From Candidatus Poribacteria bacterium (GTDB lineage: Bacteria > Poribacteria > WGA-4E > PCPOR2b): 64,000 bases of DNA. The position numbers were made by a program, and so were the translations under genes. The notes under the pieces are model-generated. The model did not search any database. It was given only the letters and a program-made list of their open reading frames with translations, and was not told the DNA's origin. The stretch's first letter is position 1. The number at the start of each line of letters is the position of its first letter. Below, piece by piece: positions 30,561 through 43,074 of the stretch. The DNA lies in assembly GCA_965208675.1 (NCBI GenBank), contig OZ242351.1:672001-736000 (forward strand). The letters run 5' to 3'.

Positions 30561-31964
30561 TTATCGTCTGACTGATGACTTTGCGCAAAGCTCATACACT
30601 AGTTGTTCGATAATTGATTCCGGCTCCAACTGGCTGCTTTTGAGGTGGATATCCGCATCGAGTACCTTTTCCATCGCTTTAGTTAACTCCTTAGTACCAA
30701 AGTACGGACTTGACTGAATCACTTTAAAAGCCGCATAAGGGTTTTGCTTGAAAAGGTTGAGTTGCGCGGATTGGGGCAGCAGATCTGCCAATTTCGCCGC
30801 TAACGCCTTGAAAACGGTATCCAAAAAACTTTGATAATTCAGCCGCACCACAGTTGACTTCAGATTTCCGTTCTCGATGAGTAATTTTGCCTGAAGCATG
30901 AGCCGTATTTGGCGGCCAATCAATGCGTTAACTTTGATTGGGGGTTCACCGCTATTCAATACACTGTGCAGGCTGGACAATGCTTGGCTAGTCGATTTCT
31001 TTCCAATCGCATCCATCAGGGCAAAGATACTATCGAAGCTGCTGTTGGTTACAAGGGTTTGGATATCCCTTTCGTCAATTTGTGATTTCTCTCCAACAAA
31101 TGCTATGAGTTTATCAAGTTCTTCAAAGACTAAACTCATGTCGTTGTCGGTGCGCTTTCGCAGGAGATTAAAGGCTCCGGAAGTTATCCTCTTCCCAAAC
31201 CCATCAAGTTTTCGCTTGACCTCTTGAAACAGTTTATCCTCTCTCAGAGATTGCCCCGATTCCAATAGTGTGAATGAAACATGCCTACCCACACGTTTTA
31301 TCGTTTTTACAAGCCGGCTCCGCCCATCAACGCTGCCGTTAAAAATAAATATGAGCACGCTAGATTTGGGCAATTCACCTTCAAGCCATTCAATCAACAA
31401 CTCAGCATCATTCGTGGCTTCCGTTATGACGTGCAAATCATCGATTTGCGAGGCGGCTTGGGGTAAACCCCGGAAGAATTCGAGGTCATACGGGCTCAAG
31501 CTATTCTTGTGTTGTTCAATGAAATGATTCATCGCGCTCTCGAATTCGCTGCTTCGAACCGCGATTTCCTGTGCTGATACCTCCAGCGCTTTGGCAATCA
31601 ACCCGATACCCTTAGGAGAATCCAAATCAAACGCTTCAATGGCCTTCCGTACCAAATCCAGTTGCGGCGGTGACTTTTGAGTGTTGAAAACGGTTGCTTC
31701 CCGCACGACAACGACACGCCAATCCGACATCACGGGATAGACGTCCACTGCGCTCAAAATGTCGCGGCCGGAGGCCTCTAGTCCATTGAGAAGAGTTAGG
31801 TTGAAATCGCGGGTCGTTGGTTCAAGGAGGCTTTCGAGCATGTGCTTGAGCGTATTCTCAATTAAAAAACTCTCTTCTCCGCATAGCAGATAAACCGGGT
31901 GAATCTTCCCTCCCTCAATTTCCTTTAGAATGTTTGGTGTTGAATTTTGTGACTGCTGTTTCAT
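30561..31964 (-). CDS. holA: DNA polymerase III delta subunit
   Basis: PVYLLCGEESFLI, RDFN, ELDKL, IFALMDAIG, D..LKSS. Confidence 0.85.
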   Translation of the reverse strand: MKQQSQNSTPNILKEIEGGKIHPVYLLCGEESFLIENTLKHMLESLLEPTTRDFNLTLLNGLEASGRDILSAVDVYPVMSDWRVVVVREATVFNTQKSPPQLDLVRKAIEAFDLDSPKGIGLIAKALEVSAQEIAVRSSEFESAMNHFIEQHKNSLSPYDLEFFRGLPQAASQIDDLHVITEATNDAELLIEWLEGELPKSSVLIFIFNGSVDGRSRLVKTIKRVGRHVSFTLLESGQSLREDKLFQEVKRKLDGFGKRITSGAFNLLRKRTDNDMSLVFEELDKLIAFVGEKSQIDERDIQTLVTNSSFDSIFALMDAIGKKSTSQALSSLHSVLNSGEPPIKVNALIGRQIRLMLQAKLLIENGNLKSTVVRLNYQSFLDTVFKALAAKLADLLPQSAQLNLFKQNPYAAFKVIQSSPYFGTKELTKAMEKVLDADIHLKSSQLEPESIIEQLVYELCAKSSVRR

Positions 31965-32108
31965 AAGATCATTAGCCCATGTTGGAAAATTTTGAGCGTA
32001 CTTACCAAAAACATTCCTTTACACCGCAGGAAAAGACTAGGGCGTGTTGAGATTTTGGCGTTGCAAATGCAAAAAACGACTGCCTTATTTGCCAAATGCC
32101 AAGAGAAC

Positions 32109-33146
32109 CTAGTGAGTCGGCGGCTCAACAATTCCGAGTAACCGATCAATGATGTCAAGGCTCGTGATGCCATCAGCTTCCGCGTTGAAATTTGTCAAAA
32201 TACGGTGCCGCAAAACAGGTTTAGCAACGGCTTTTATATCGTCATGAGAGACATGATAACGGCCATGCATGATTGCCCGTGCTTTTGCGCCTAACACGAG
32301 ATATTGAGACGCCCTAGGACCTGAACCCCAATTCACCCAATCCTTAATAAAATCGGGCGCATCGGGATTGTTGGGGCGCGACGCACGGCTCAATGCAACT
32401 GCGTATTCAACCATGGATTCCGCAATTGGTACTTTTCTCACGATATTTTGGAGCCGCAAAATATCTTCGCCCGAGATTACCGGTTGCAACGACGGGTCAT
32501 ATGCAGAAGTTGTTGTCATGACAATCTGCTTTTCAGCGGCAGAATCAGGATAGTCAATGTAGATATTGAACATGAACCTATCCAACTGCGCCTCCGGTAG
32601 TGGATAGGTGCCTTCTTGTTCAATCGGGTTTTGGGTTGCAAGTACGAAAAAGGGCAAGTCTAGCGGATAGGTCACGCCGCCTGCTGAAACTTTGTACTCC
32701 TGCATGGACTGCAATAGCGCCGCTTGCGTCTTGGGCGGTGTACGGTTAATTTCGTCTGCAAGCAGGATGTTTGAGAAAACGGGCCCCTTTATGAATCTGA
32801 AAAACCGGCTGCCTTTATCCGTGTCCTCCTGAATAATATCTGTTCCAATGATATCCGAAGGCATGAGATCCGGCGTGAACTGAATGCGGTTAAATTGGAG
32901 GTCCAATATCTCGGCAAGGCTGTTAATGAGAAGCGTTTTGGCAAGTCCGGGTACGCCAACTAACAGACAATGCCCCTGTGAAAAAAGAGCTATCAATAAC
33001 TCATCAATTACCTCTTCCTGGCCGACAATCCGTTTTTTGAATTCACTGAGTATGGATTCCCGCGCCTTTCTCAAGAACGCCGCCGCTTCTAAATCAGCAT
33101 CTGGTACGTTCTGAGCATTAGAAGTATTCAAATAACTGTGCTCCAT
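32109..33146 (-). CDS. MoxR family AAA+ ATPase
   Basis: GVPGLAKT, RIQFTPDLMPSD, DEINR, QNPIEQEGTYPLPEAQLDRF. Confidence 0.95.
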   Translation of the reverse strand: MEHSYLNTSNAQNVPDADLEAAAFLRKARESILSEFKKRIVGQEEVIDELLIALFSQGHCLLVGVPGLAKTLLINSLAEILDLQFNRIQFTPDLMPSDIIGTDIIQEDTDKGSRFFRFIKGPVFSNILLADEINRTPPKTQAALLQSMQEYKVSAGGVTYPLDLPFFVLATQNPIEQEGTYPLPEAQLDRFMFNIYIDYPDSAAEKQIVMTTTSAYDPSLQPVISGEDILRLQNIVRKVPIAESMVEYAVALSRASRPNNPDAPDFIKDWVNWGSGPRASQYLVLGAKARAIMHGRYHVSHDDIKAVAKPVLRHRILTNFNAEADGITSLDIIDRLLGIVEPPTH

Positions 33147-33543
33147 TAAATGTCTGGCTTGTGATGTCGTGCTGTGTTCAGCGCAGCATAGTCAAGGCAA
33201 ATATCTACGCAAGACGCGTAGATAAGGATTTTTTTTTGCTCTCCGGCTTCTTTACAATGTTTTGCTCTTCGGCAAATCACAACTTAATGAAATCTAAAGT
33301 ACTCTTAACCTGATAACCACTGGAAGTTTTCTCTAACGAAACAAATTTTGGAGCGCCTTGAAAATGCTAGGAATAGAAATACCGAAAGGTTTCACTTGAA
33401 ATGGAAAAATGGAAGGGAATGTAAGAAAGAAACTGATGAGGTGGGCAACAATCACCAAATCCAACTACGTTAATTAGGCTGCTGCGAATAATTTGAAATT
33501 TCGGGGTGACTGTTGCCAACCCAAGGGGGCAACGTGAGCGAAA

Positions 33544-33825
33544 TTAGGAACAAGCGTCCTTGAGCCCTTTGCCGGCCTTAAAACGTGGAACGTTCTTTTC
33601 CGGAATGCTAATTATGTCGTTAGTCTGAGGATTACGGCCTTCGCGCGCTGCTCTGGTAGCGACTTCAAAAGTACCGAAGCCAATCAGCCCGACGGAATCT
33701 CCATTAGATAGGGCATTTTGAATTGCTTCCAAAGCAGCATCAACGGCTGCAGTCGCATCCCTTTTGCTTAATCCGGTACTTTCAGCAACGCTGCTCGCAA
33801 CATCTTGCTTTGATAATCTAGCCAT
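33544..33825 (-). CDS. hup: HU family DNA-binding protein
   Basis: GFGTFEV..RAAREGRNPQT..PRFKAGK. Confidence 0.95.
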   Translation of the reverse strand: MARLSKQDVASSVAESTGLSKRDATAAVDAALEAIQNALSNGDSVGLIGFGTFEVATRAAREGRNPQTNDIISIPEKNVPRFKAGKGLKDACS

Positions 33826-33893
33826 ATTAGTATCTCCTGTGAAATTTGAGTTAAAAATAATCAAAAATCTTCAGTAATGACTGAATTTTGCCC

Positions 33894-33922
33894 ATTATAC
33901 TGTGAATCAAATTTCCTGTCAA
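33894..33922 (-). promoter_or_regulatory. Perfect consensus promoter for HU
   Basis: TTGACA-17bp-TATAAT on the minus strand. Confidence 0.8.
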
Positions 33923-33991
33923 GAAAAAACACAATGATGATTCGGTTTAACAACCGTTTATGAAAAAAACATATAAACCGAGGAAATTTTG

Positions 33992-34020
33992 TTGACTGGA
34001 TAGCAAAAAACGGGTAAAAT
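33992..34020 (+). promoter_or_regulatory. Promoter for the nfo operon
   Basis: TTGACT-17bp-TAAAAT. Confidence 0.7.
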
Positions 34021-34085
34021 GACGCCTTGATGCAACTTGGTTAGAGACAACAATACTGTTCACTGAAGAGGCAAGAGAGACCATT

Positions 34086-34928
34086 ATGATGCTTGGCGCT
34101 CACGTTTCCACCGCAGGCGGCATACACAATGCGATTTCCAATGGAACTGACTTAGGGTGTGACTCTGTCCAGATTTTTCTTAAAAACCCGAACCAGTGGG
34201 CAGGCAAGTCACCTTCCGAAAGCGACATAGACCAGTTTATCGAGCGCTGGCGGGAATCTCCAATCCAAGAGATATTGATTCACGACATCCATCTCACCAA
34301 CCTCGCCTCGCCAAAGAAGGAAGTGCTTGAAAATTCGCGCGAACAGTTCCATGTACAAATGCAACTCGCGGCTCGCCTGAATATTCGATACATCGTAACG
34401 CATCTTGGCGCACACCTTGACTCGGGCGAAACCGAAGGTTTGCAGGTGTTAAGCGACAGCCTCAATTTAGCGTTGGAGCAAACCACCGGCGGCGACGTAG
34501 AAATCTTGTTGGAAACCACAGCCGGGCAAGGGACGAATCTAGGCTACTGCTTCGAACATTTGCGTCAGATTATTGATATGTCCAAATATCCGGAAAGAAT
34601 GGGAGTCTGCTTCGATACGTGCCACGTCTTTGCAGCCGGCTACAACTTGTGTACGGACGCCGACTATGATGAGACATTCGAACGCTTTGACCAGATAATC
34701 GGCTTGGATCGGTTGGTTGCGTTCCACCTCAACGACGCCAAATCGGCGTATAACAGCCGCGTGGATCGCCATGATCACATCGGCGAAGGAAATCTCGGAA
34801 TTCCTCCATTTCAACGCCTAGTAAACGACCCTCGATTTGAGCACACCCCCTCGATTATCGAAACGCCCAAAATGAAGGAGATGCACGCAACCAATCTTGC
34901 AGTGTTGAGGGGTTTAGTAGCGGATTGA
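34086..34928 (+). CDS. nfo: Endonuclease IV
   Basis: LGAHVSTAGG, ETTAGQG, DTCH, HLND.K..SRVDRH, IETP. Confidence 0.95.
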   Translation: MMLGAHVSTAGGIHNAISNGTDLGCDSVQIFLKNPNQWAGKSPSESDIDQFIERWRESPIQEILIHDIHLTNLASPKKEVLENSREQFHVQMQLAARLNIRYIVTHLGAHLDSGETEGLQVLSDSLNLALEQTTGGDVEILLETTAGQGTNLGYCFEHLRQIIDMSKYPERMGVCFDTCHVFAAGYNLCTDADYDETFERFDQIIGLDRLVAFHLNDAKSAYNSRVDRHDHIGEGNLGIPPFQRLVNDPRFEHTPSIIETPKMKEMHATNLAVLRGLVAD

Positions 34929-34939
34929 GAGGTTTGGGC

Positions 34940-35122
34940 ATGTCCATCGGGTTCTGGGAAGTCGCAATCTTACTTACGGTTTTTCTAGGCATAGTATTAA
35001 TTTCGCGTTATCAGACCAAGCGCATTTGCCGTAAATGCGGCTTTGCCATCCGCTCTTATACCTCCCATTGTCCGGAATGCGGGATGGTATTTCCCAGGAA
35101 GAAAAGGCTGCAGGAGCGTTGA
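34940..35122 (+). CDS. Small membrane protein with zinc ribbon
   Basis: TM helix then CRKC..CPEC; TGATG overlap with the next gene. Confidence 0.65.
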   Translation: MSIGFWEVAILLTVFLGIVLISRYQTKRICRKCGFAIRSYTSHCPECGMVFPRKKRLQER

Positions 35123-35883
35123 TGAAAATTACGTTTTTAGGAACGGGCACATCGCACGGTGTGCCGGTCATCGCATGCCGTTGCAGCGTATGCTCATCAA
35201 CTGACACGAAAAATCAACGCACTCGACCTTCCATCGTTATCACGCTCAACGGTAAAAACGTCTTAGTTGACACCTCGCCTGAACTTCGAATCCAATCGCT
35301 CCGATGCGGCATAGAACGTGTCGACGCAATCTTATTCACGCATACCCACGCGGATCACTTGCACGGGCTTGATGACGTACGTGCATTTACCGCGTTGCAA
35401 GACAATGCCATCCCCTGTTACGGAAGTCCCCAAACCCTTGAGCGCATTCGAACCGTCTTTCATTACGCGTTCAAATTGCAGCATCTCGGCGTCCTCATCC
35501 CGCAAATTGAATTGGTGCAAATTGAAGGTAAGTTCCAGTTATTTGGGGTTGAGGTGATACCGCTCCTTCTGCTGCATGGGAAGGCGGAGGTACTGGGGTT
35601 TCGAATTGGCAATTTTGCGTACGCAACAGACTGCAACCATATTCCGCCCGATTCCATGGAACTGATGCGTGGTCTCGACCTTCTAGTGCTCGACGCGCTG
35701 CGCTGGTCACCGCCTAATCCCACGCATTTCACCATTCCGGAATCATTAGATATCGTTGAGCAGCTCAGACCTAAACGAACTTACTTCGTCCACATGAGCC
35801 ACGATGTCGAACATCACGATACAAATTCGAAACTCCCTGAGGGTGTTGAACTCGCCTACGACGGGTTGATTGTGGAGGTCTAA
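35122..35883 (+). CDS. MBL-fold hydrolase, PhnP-like
   Basis: LGTGTSHGVP..C.C..C, THTHADHLHGLDD, HMSH, AYDG. Confidence 0.9.
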   Translation: MKITFLGTGTSHGVPVIACRCSVCSSTDTKNQRTRPSIVITLNGKNVLVDTSPELRIQSLRCGIERVDAILFTHTHADHLHGLDDVRAFTALQDNAIPCYGSPQTLERIRTVFHYAFKLQHLGVLIPQIELVQIEGKFQLFGVEVIPLLLLHGKAEVLGFRIGNFAYATDCNHIPPDSMELMRGLDLLVLDALRWSPPNPTHFTIPESLDIVEQLRPKRTYFVHMSHDVEHHDTNSKLPEGVELAYDGLIVEV

Positions 35884-35917
35884 TAACCTTTAGTTATTGA
35901 ATCCAGCAATTTTGTAT

Positions 35918-35970
35918 GTGTGGGAGGGAAATACCTTTCCCGATAATCGAGGCAGGGATGCCTCTCCCAC
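35918..35970. repeat. REP-like doublet between convergent genes
   Basis: GTGGGAGGGAAATACCTTTCCCGA...GAGGCAGGGATGCCTCTCCCAC. Confidence 0.7.
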
Positions 35971-35980
35971 CTTATTCCGA

Positions 35981-38197
<2,217 letters not shown>

Positions 38198-38746
38198 TCA
38201 ACTCAGGTGTGAAACAGAATTATCGTCCAAGATTGAGTCATCAATCGTTGGCGGTGGTTACAAGATAGAATCTCTGTAGTGATTGATTTGGGAGGCAGTT
38301 TCAGTCGTCCTCCCTGTTTGGTCGATCAATGGCACTAAGCGACCTACAGTCAAATAAAAATATCTACTCGCCCAGGTGTAGCGCGTATCAAAATTACAGT
38401 TTTTACAGTCCATAAAAAAAGGGGTTGTCACCGCAACATTTGGGTAAATTTGTATGAAAATGGTCACATTTCAGATTTACTTATTTTTCGCTTATTTGCG
38501 ACATCCAAAAAGACGCTCAATGCCGCGGAAAGCTAGATACAGTGCGGGTTTCTGGCGTCGATTATTCTAAAGTCTCAGCAAAAATAAGTTGAGAATGCTC
38601 ATTTTCAGTACACTCCAAAACCAACGTAACTGAAGATTACACATATTAACCGATTAAAAAGCGGTGCCGAACTCCCGGAGACTATCGTCGTCGTAATCCA
38701 GGCAGTTAATCGCGCAACCTAAGGTAATACTAATTGCATCGTGTTT

Positions 38747-38779
38747 AGAAACCGAGTTTTTCGAAAAAACTCGGTTTCT
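38747..38779. repeat. Palindrome family GAAACCGAGTTTT..AAAACTCGGTTTC (7 copies in window)
   Basis: Other copies at 46727-46758, 47486-47518, 48590-48622, 50597-50632, 54033-54064, 56005-56035. Confidence 0.9.
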
Positions 38780-38798
38780 CCTTATTATGGTTCGCGGT

Positions 38799-39686
38799 TC
38801 AATTCAGATTTCGGGTTGCCTCCGTATCAGCGCGTGATTCTGCGTCATCTCCATTTTTGGATTGTGTTCGGGTTCTCTCGTAGTACGACTTTGGTTCTTC
38901 TTCCCGGTAGCCGAAACGATAAATCCGGCGGACTCTGCGATTTTCAATAAGGCGATCGATGTAGGCATAGGCTAGTTTGGTTTCCTGCTGAATCTCCTCA
39001 CGCGTTTTATAGTTATTTATCATACCGATGACCTCGTTCTCAACTCTACGACGCGCCATATTATCTTTTAATTTTTCTTCATTGACGCCCGTTTCTTCCC
39101 TAATTTCATCAAAACTTCTACCTTCCCACAGCATATCTCGCGCTTTATTCTCTCTGTGCATCCGATTCATGGCTTCGTCTATATCCGTCTCACATTCGGC
39201 TTGTTCTTCGGCATCCGCTTCCGAATTGTCTAGTTCGGCTAAGGAAACGGAAGGTTTTACGTTTTTGACGGCTTGGTTCAGCGTTAGCAACGTTTTGGGA
39301 ACGAGCGAAATCTGTTCTTTTGGGCTAAGGGATGAAATTGTGGATTCCAAATTGTCATAAGCGGCGTTCAATGCAGTCACAGACTTGGATGTTAGTTGTC
39401 GGATTGACTTTTCTCGGTCTTCAACGTAATTAGCCTGTATTAGCCCATATTGCTTAGCCCATTTTTCAGCGTTGCACCGACCGTCGTTCGGGTTGACGGT
39501 ACAGATGGCTTCCTTGGCAAATCGGTGGTCGGCTTTTGCGTCGCCGGTTGATCGCTCGGGGTATCGCTCGACAAGCGTGTCTGCGACCTCAGGCGTGCCA
39601 TAGTCCTGGGCAAACATGGCAAGCCATTCTGCGAGTTCGGATGGGGTTTGATGGTACGGGTTTTTGTAACGTCGTTTTTCTTTCAT
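38799..39686 (-). CDS. Hypothetical protein with two C-terminal HTH-like repeats
   Basis: GRSFDEIREETGV and KTREEIQQETKL; GAGG RBS before ATG 39686. Confidence 0.6.
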   Translation of the reverse strand: MKEKRRYKNPYHQTPSELAEWLAMFAQDYGTPEVADTLVERYPERSTGDAKADHRFAKEAICTVNPNDGRCNAEKWAKQYGLIQANYVEDREKSIRQLTSKSVTALNAAYDNLESTISSLSPKEQISLVPKTLLTLNQAVKNVKPSVSLAELDNSEADAEEQAECETDIDEAMNRMHRENKARDMLWEGRSFDEIREETGVNEEKLKDNMARRRVENEVIGMINNYKTREEIQQETKLAYAYIDRLIENRRVRRIYRFGYREEEPKSYYERTRTQSKNGDDAESRADTEATRNLN

Positions 39687-39793
39687 TTTTACCTCTCTGG
39701 ACATTTCATTTCAGTGTTTATGTGGTTTATCGATTTGAGGGGACGATGCGCCTGTGGGCGTAATGTATATTTTACTGTTGCGGGATTAAATTT

Positions 39794-40642
39794 TCAAGTT
39801 GATTTTATATCATCTGGGATTTGGGCATTTGACGATTTGTGGTCATTGTTACGAATCCAGATCCAAATTCGAATAATTATAGCAACTAGAACAAGATACG
39901 TAACAAGCCAAATTGAATTAATTTTGGATGCGACAGTAGTCCCCACATCAAAATCCAATACTTGCAATGTTTTTTGCATCTCGGTCTCAGGACCGCCAAC
40001 TCTTATATTAAGCATTACGGAAGTAGCAACAACTAGATATCCTATGAACATCCAACATCGTAACCTTTGGTGTTTCAAGTTCTTTTTTTCACTTTCCCTG
40101 CTGTATCTCAAATGCGAGTCGAGTCCCAAAATCCGCTCTATCTCGTAAATTCGTGAGAATCGTATTTCAAATCTTCTTTTACTTATGAGAGTGGAGAAGT
40201 ACCAAAATGCCATTAAGGATATCCCCCCAACGACGGCAAGCAACGTAGGGGTTTCCTCTTTCAAATAAGGCAAGGTCAGCGCGGCAATGGATAACGGTAG
40301 CAAGACCGCCGTCAGTTTTGCAATCCAGTCATCATCATGTCTCCAACAAAGACCGAGTTCTGTGTATTCGCCAAACAAGCGTTGTTCGACATGAGGGTCC
40401 AATTTTTTCAATAGAGAACACAGACTATCTATGGTAAAATCACTCAAATGACCGCGTGTGAGATCGGCAACTTTAGATTTGTTTATGTCCAAAAAATCAG
40501 CGGCTTTCTTTAGAGTCATTTCCCGAACTTTAATCATGCGAGTGATATTGGATGCCAATACGTTCTTAGCCAAATCTTCATCAAAATTGGGAGGGCTCAA
40601 TTCCTGAAAAAAGTTTCGTGAACTGTTTATGTGTTTTGACAT
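39794..40642 (-). CDS. XRE/HigA2-like HTH fused to a multi-TM domain
   Basis: SSRNFFQEL..LAK..LA..I..MT.KKAA..L..V.DL..G..FTIDSL followed by about 4 TM helices. Confidence 0.7.
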   Translation of the reverse strand: MSKHINSSRNFFQELSPPNFDEDLAKNVLASNITRMIKVREMTLKKAADFLDINKSKVADLTRGHLSDFTIDSLCSLLKKLDPHVEQRLFGEYTELGLCWRHDDDWIAKLTAVLLPLSIAALTLPYLKEETPTLLAVVGGISLMAFWYFSTLISKRRFEIRFSRIYEIERILGLDSHLRYSRESEKKNLKHQRLRCWMFIGYLVVATSVMLNIRVGGPETEMQKTLQVLDFDVGTTVASKINSIWLVTYLVLVAIIIRIWIWIRNNDHKSSNAQIPDDIKST

Positions 40643-40970
40643 TTTTTTTGATCTCGCGGTGTGCTCTTTAAAGGGCTAGTAGCTTCAATCGACTGTTGTG
40701 GTGTCATCACTGGGTTGTTGTTCAAGGAATTCGTCAATTGATGCTAATAACGGCGCCTTAGCCATGTTATAATCTGTGATGATTTCATCTGGGATTGGTC
40801 TGTTGTGCGCCACGCAGTTTCTAAGTGTTTCGATGTGTTTCGATCGGATCTAACCGTTTTTCCCGCCCGCAATCCGTCTTGATGTGATGCTAGAATGCAT
40901 CGCTCTACTGGCGAGAAATTGGCACGCCGGTATTTGGCACCAACATTTAGGTAAAGGACTATAAACGTCC

Positions 40971-42851
40971 TCAAAGTCGTTCAGCAAAGTTCTTCGCGGA
41001 CGGCCATAGTGATTTGAAACTACCAATCAAGTCTGCCGAACGTACTGCAATTTCAGGAATATCCCAGGATTCATACTCACAAATTTCCCTATTCAGAATC
41101 AGCAAGGAGTTTTGAAACAAACGGCCTTTCTTATCTGAAAATGGCCTGTTCGAGAGGCTTGAATTTAGGGAGCCCGCGACTAGCGTTAAGTTTCCTATTT
41201 CTTGAACAAAATTGTTTCGGCCTTTTGCCACGCTTAATGCCGATCCGTACGATTCGTCGGCCAACTGGCTTTCCGACGCTTCGGTCGCCCATTCAGGGTT
41301 GTTTTCACGGTATTCGTATGGAAACAATTCTTCGTACAGAACCGTTTCATCGCAACCATATGCTGGCTCGTCGTATTCATCCGTCCCTATGGGTAATGGC
41401 CAGGTGGTCCGCCATCTTTCTGGCATTATATGCTCTAAACTGAGTTGGTTATTCAAAACCAATTCATTATCCTCAAGCAGCCGATTCTCTCCCCGTTTTT
41501 GTAATTCTATCCGATACAATACGTACCGAATGTCTCTATTCGTCATGTTTTGCCGCACCGTAAGACATTCGCTCACCTCGTAGTCATTCGGCCACCTCGT
41601 GGCGTTAGCTTTTTCATCCGACAATGCTTGTACCAACGACTCTACGTCAAAATCCACTTCCCTCAACTTCCGGATTAATCTGCAGACGAGTTTGGTATAG
41701 CTCTTGGTCCCCGGAGTGTTGCACACTATCCGTCGCATCGCGTAGGATTCTAATATTTGCATAACCAAATTGAGTTCCGAGCCTGAAACGCGCAATTCGT
41801 TTATCACAAATAGAATAAATGGATGTAACGTGGTAATATTGAATGTCTTATAAAACGACATTGCCTGTCCAATTTCCGAATCTGGAGAACAATCCGTCAT
41901 CTCTTGGTAAACATCGGAATATTTCTTCAGTTGAGAAAATTCATCTTCAATTACCCCGGTTCCGGCAATCCTTTTCTGATAAACATTGAACAAGGGCGTA
42001 ATCTTCTCCTCGGCGAGTTTTGCCCTAATGAAATGGTCGAAAAATAGTTCCGATAAGGTTTTTCGAGCGACCTTTGCCTCCCAATAGGGATTTTCGAAAT
42101 GCTGCCAGTATTCTCTATATAATCTATCTCTATCATCTTCAACTCGAGCCCTTAAGAACAAGTTATTCCTGAGCAAGTCAAAGTCTAGTAACCGTTTAGC
42201 CCTTGCATTGAGCGATTCAAAGATTCTTTCTGGCTCGTCCCCCGTATCAAGCAGAATTTGGACAAATCCAAAGTCGTTCACGATTGAGTGAAACAATGCA
42301 AGTATTTTCGTCAAATTCCCGTCCGTGTACCCTTCAATTGAAAACTTGAAAAAATTGTATGTTAGACGAATCCGTTCGATGCTATCATCTATACGCCCAT
42401 CAGCGAGTGCGATGAATGAAGCCCTGTCATACTCAGTTGGAATGAGTTTGTATTTTTCGTTGCGCGAGTCATCCGAGGACATTCCTTGATTTAGAATGTG
42501 TCGATCTACCTCCAGTCCAATTCTTTGACCTCCGGTTGAATTTGATACATCTCTGAGCGCACAGAGAACGACTTGAAATGTAGTTAACCGTTGCTGACCG
42601 TCAATGATTTCGTATTTTGGTACTTCATCCACATTTGTCTGTTTTTGCTGAATGACGATTGCACCGGTGAAATGAGAGAACTTGTCTCGTTGAGGTTCCG
42701 ACAATCTGTGGTCCGCCTTATTCTTTATATCTTCCCACAAAGGGTACCACTGTTCGCTCATTTCCCAAACATAGTGTCGCTGAAAGAGAGGTATAATGTA
42801 CTGTATATCACTGTTAAACAGATCCTTTACTCGTACCTCACTTGTTTTCAT
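40971..42851 (-). CDS. GmrSD-like DUF262 + DUF1524 type IV restriction protein
   Basis: FQRHYVW, DGQQRLTT, IFESLN, LEHIMP, IGNLTL..N..LSN..F..KK. Confidence 0.9.
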   Translation of the reverse strand: MKTSEVRVKDLFNSDIQYIIPLFQRHYVWEMSEQWYPLWEDIKNKADHRLSEPQRDKFSHFTGAIVIQQKQTNVDEVPKYEIIDGQQRLTTFQVVLCALRDVSNSTGGQRIGLEVDRHILNQGMSSDDSRNEKYKLIPTEYDRASFIALADGRIDDSIERIRLTYNFFKFSIEGYTDGNLTKILALFHSIVNDFGFVQILLDTGDEPERIFESLNARAKRLLDFDLLRNNLFLRARVEDDRDRLYREYWQHFENPYWEAKVARKTLSELFFDHFIRAKLAEEKITPLFNVYQKRIAGTGVIEDEFSQLKKYSDVYQEMTDCSPDSEIGQAMSFYKTFNITTLHPFILFVINELRVSGSELNLVMQILESYAMRRIVCNTPGTKSYTKLVCRLIRKLREVDFDVESLVQALSDEKANATRWPNDYEVSECLTVRQNMTNRDIRYVLYRIELQKRGENRLLEDNELVLNNQLSLEHIMPERWRTTWPLPIGTDEYDEPAYGCDETVLYEELFPYEYRENNPEWATEASESQLADESYGSALSVAKGRNNFVQEIGNLTLVAGSLNSSLSNRPFSDKKGRLFQNSLLILNREICEYESWDIPEIAVRSADLIGSFKSLWPSAKNFAERL

Positions 42852-43074
42852 CTTTAAATCCTCCGCAATTCTTGAGTCGTTTACACTGGTAAGTCAAAGG
42901 AGCGCAGTTCGCTCTTGAACGCACCGCCCCCCCGATTTGGGCGTTAAGACCACCCGATGAAAAATATTGACACGTCCTTGCTTCACGATAAACCAAGGCT
43001 GCGTTCGTGGTGCACGCTCGGAATCACTGGGGCTCGAGTTTCGCTCGCCCTCTCCAAAATTCGTCAGAATTCAA

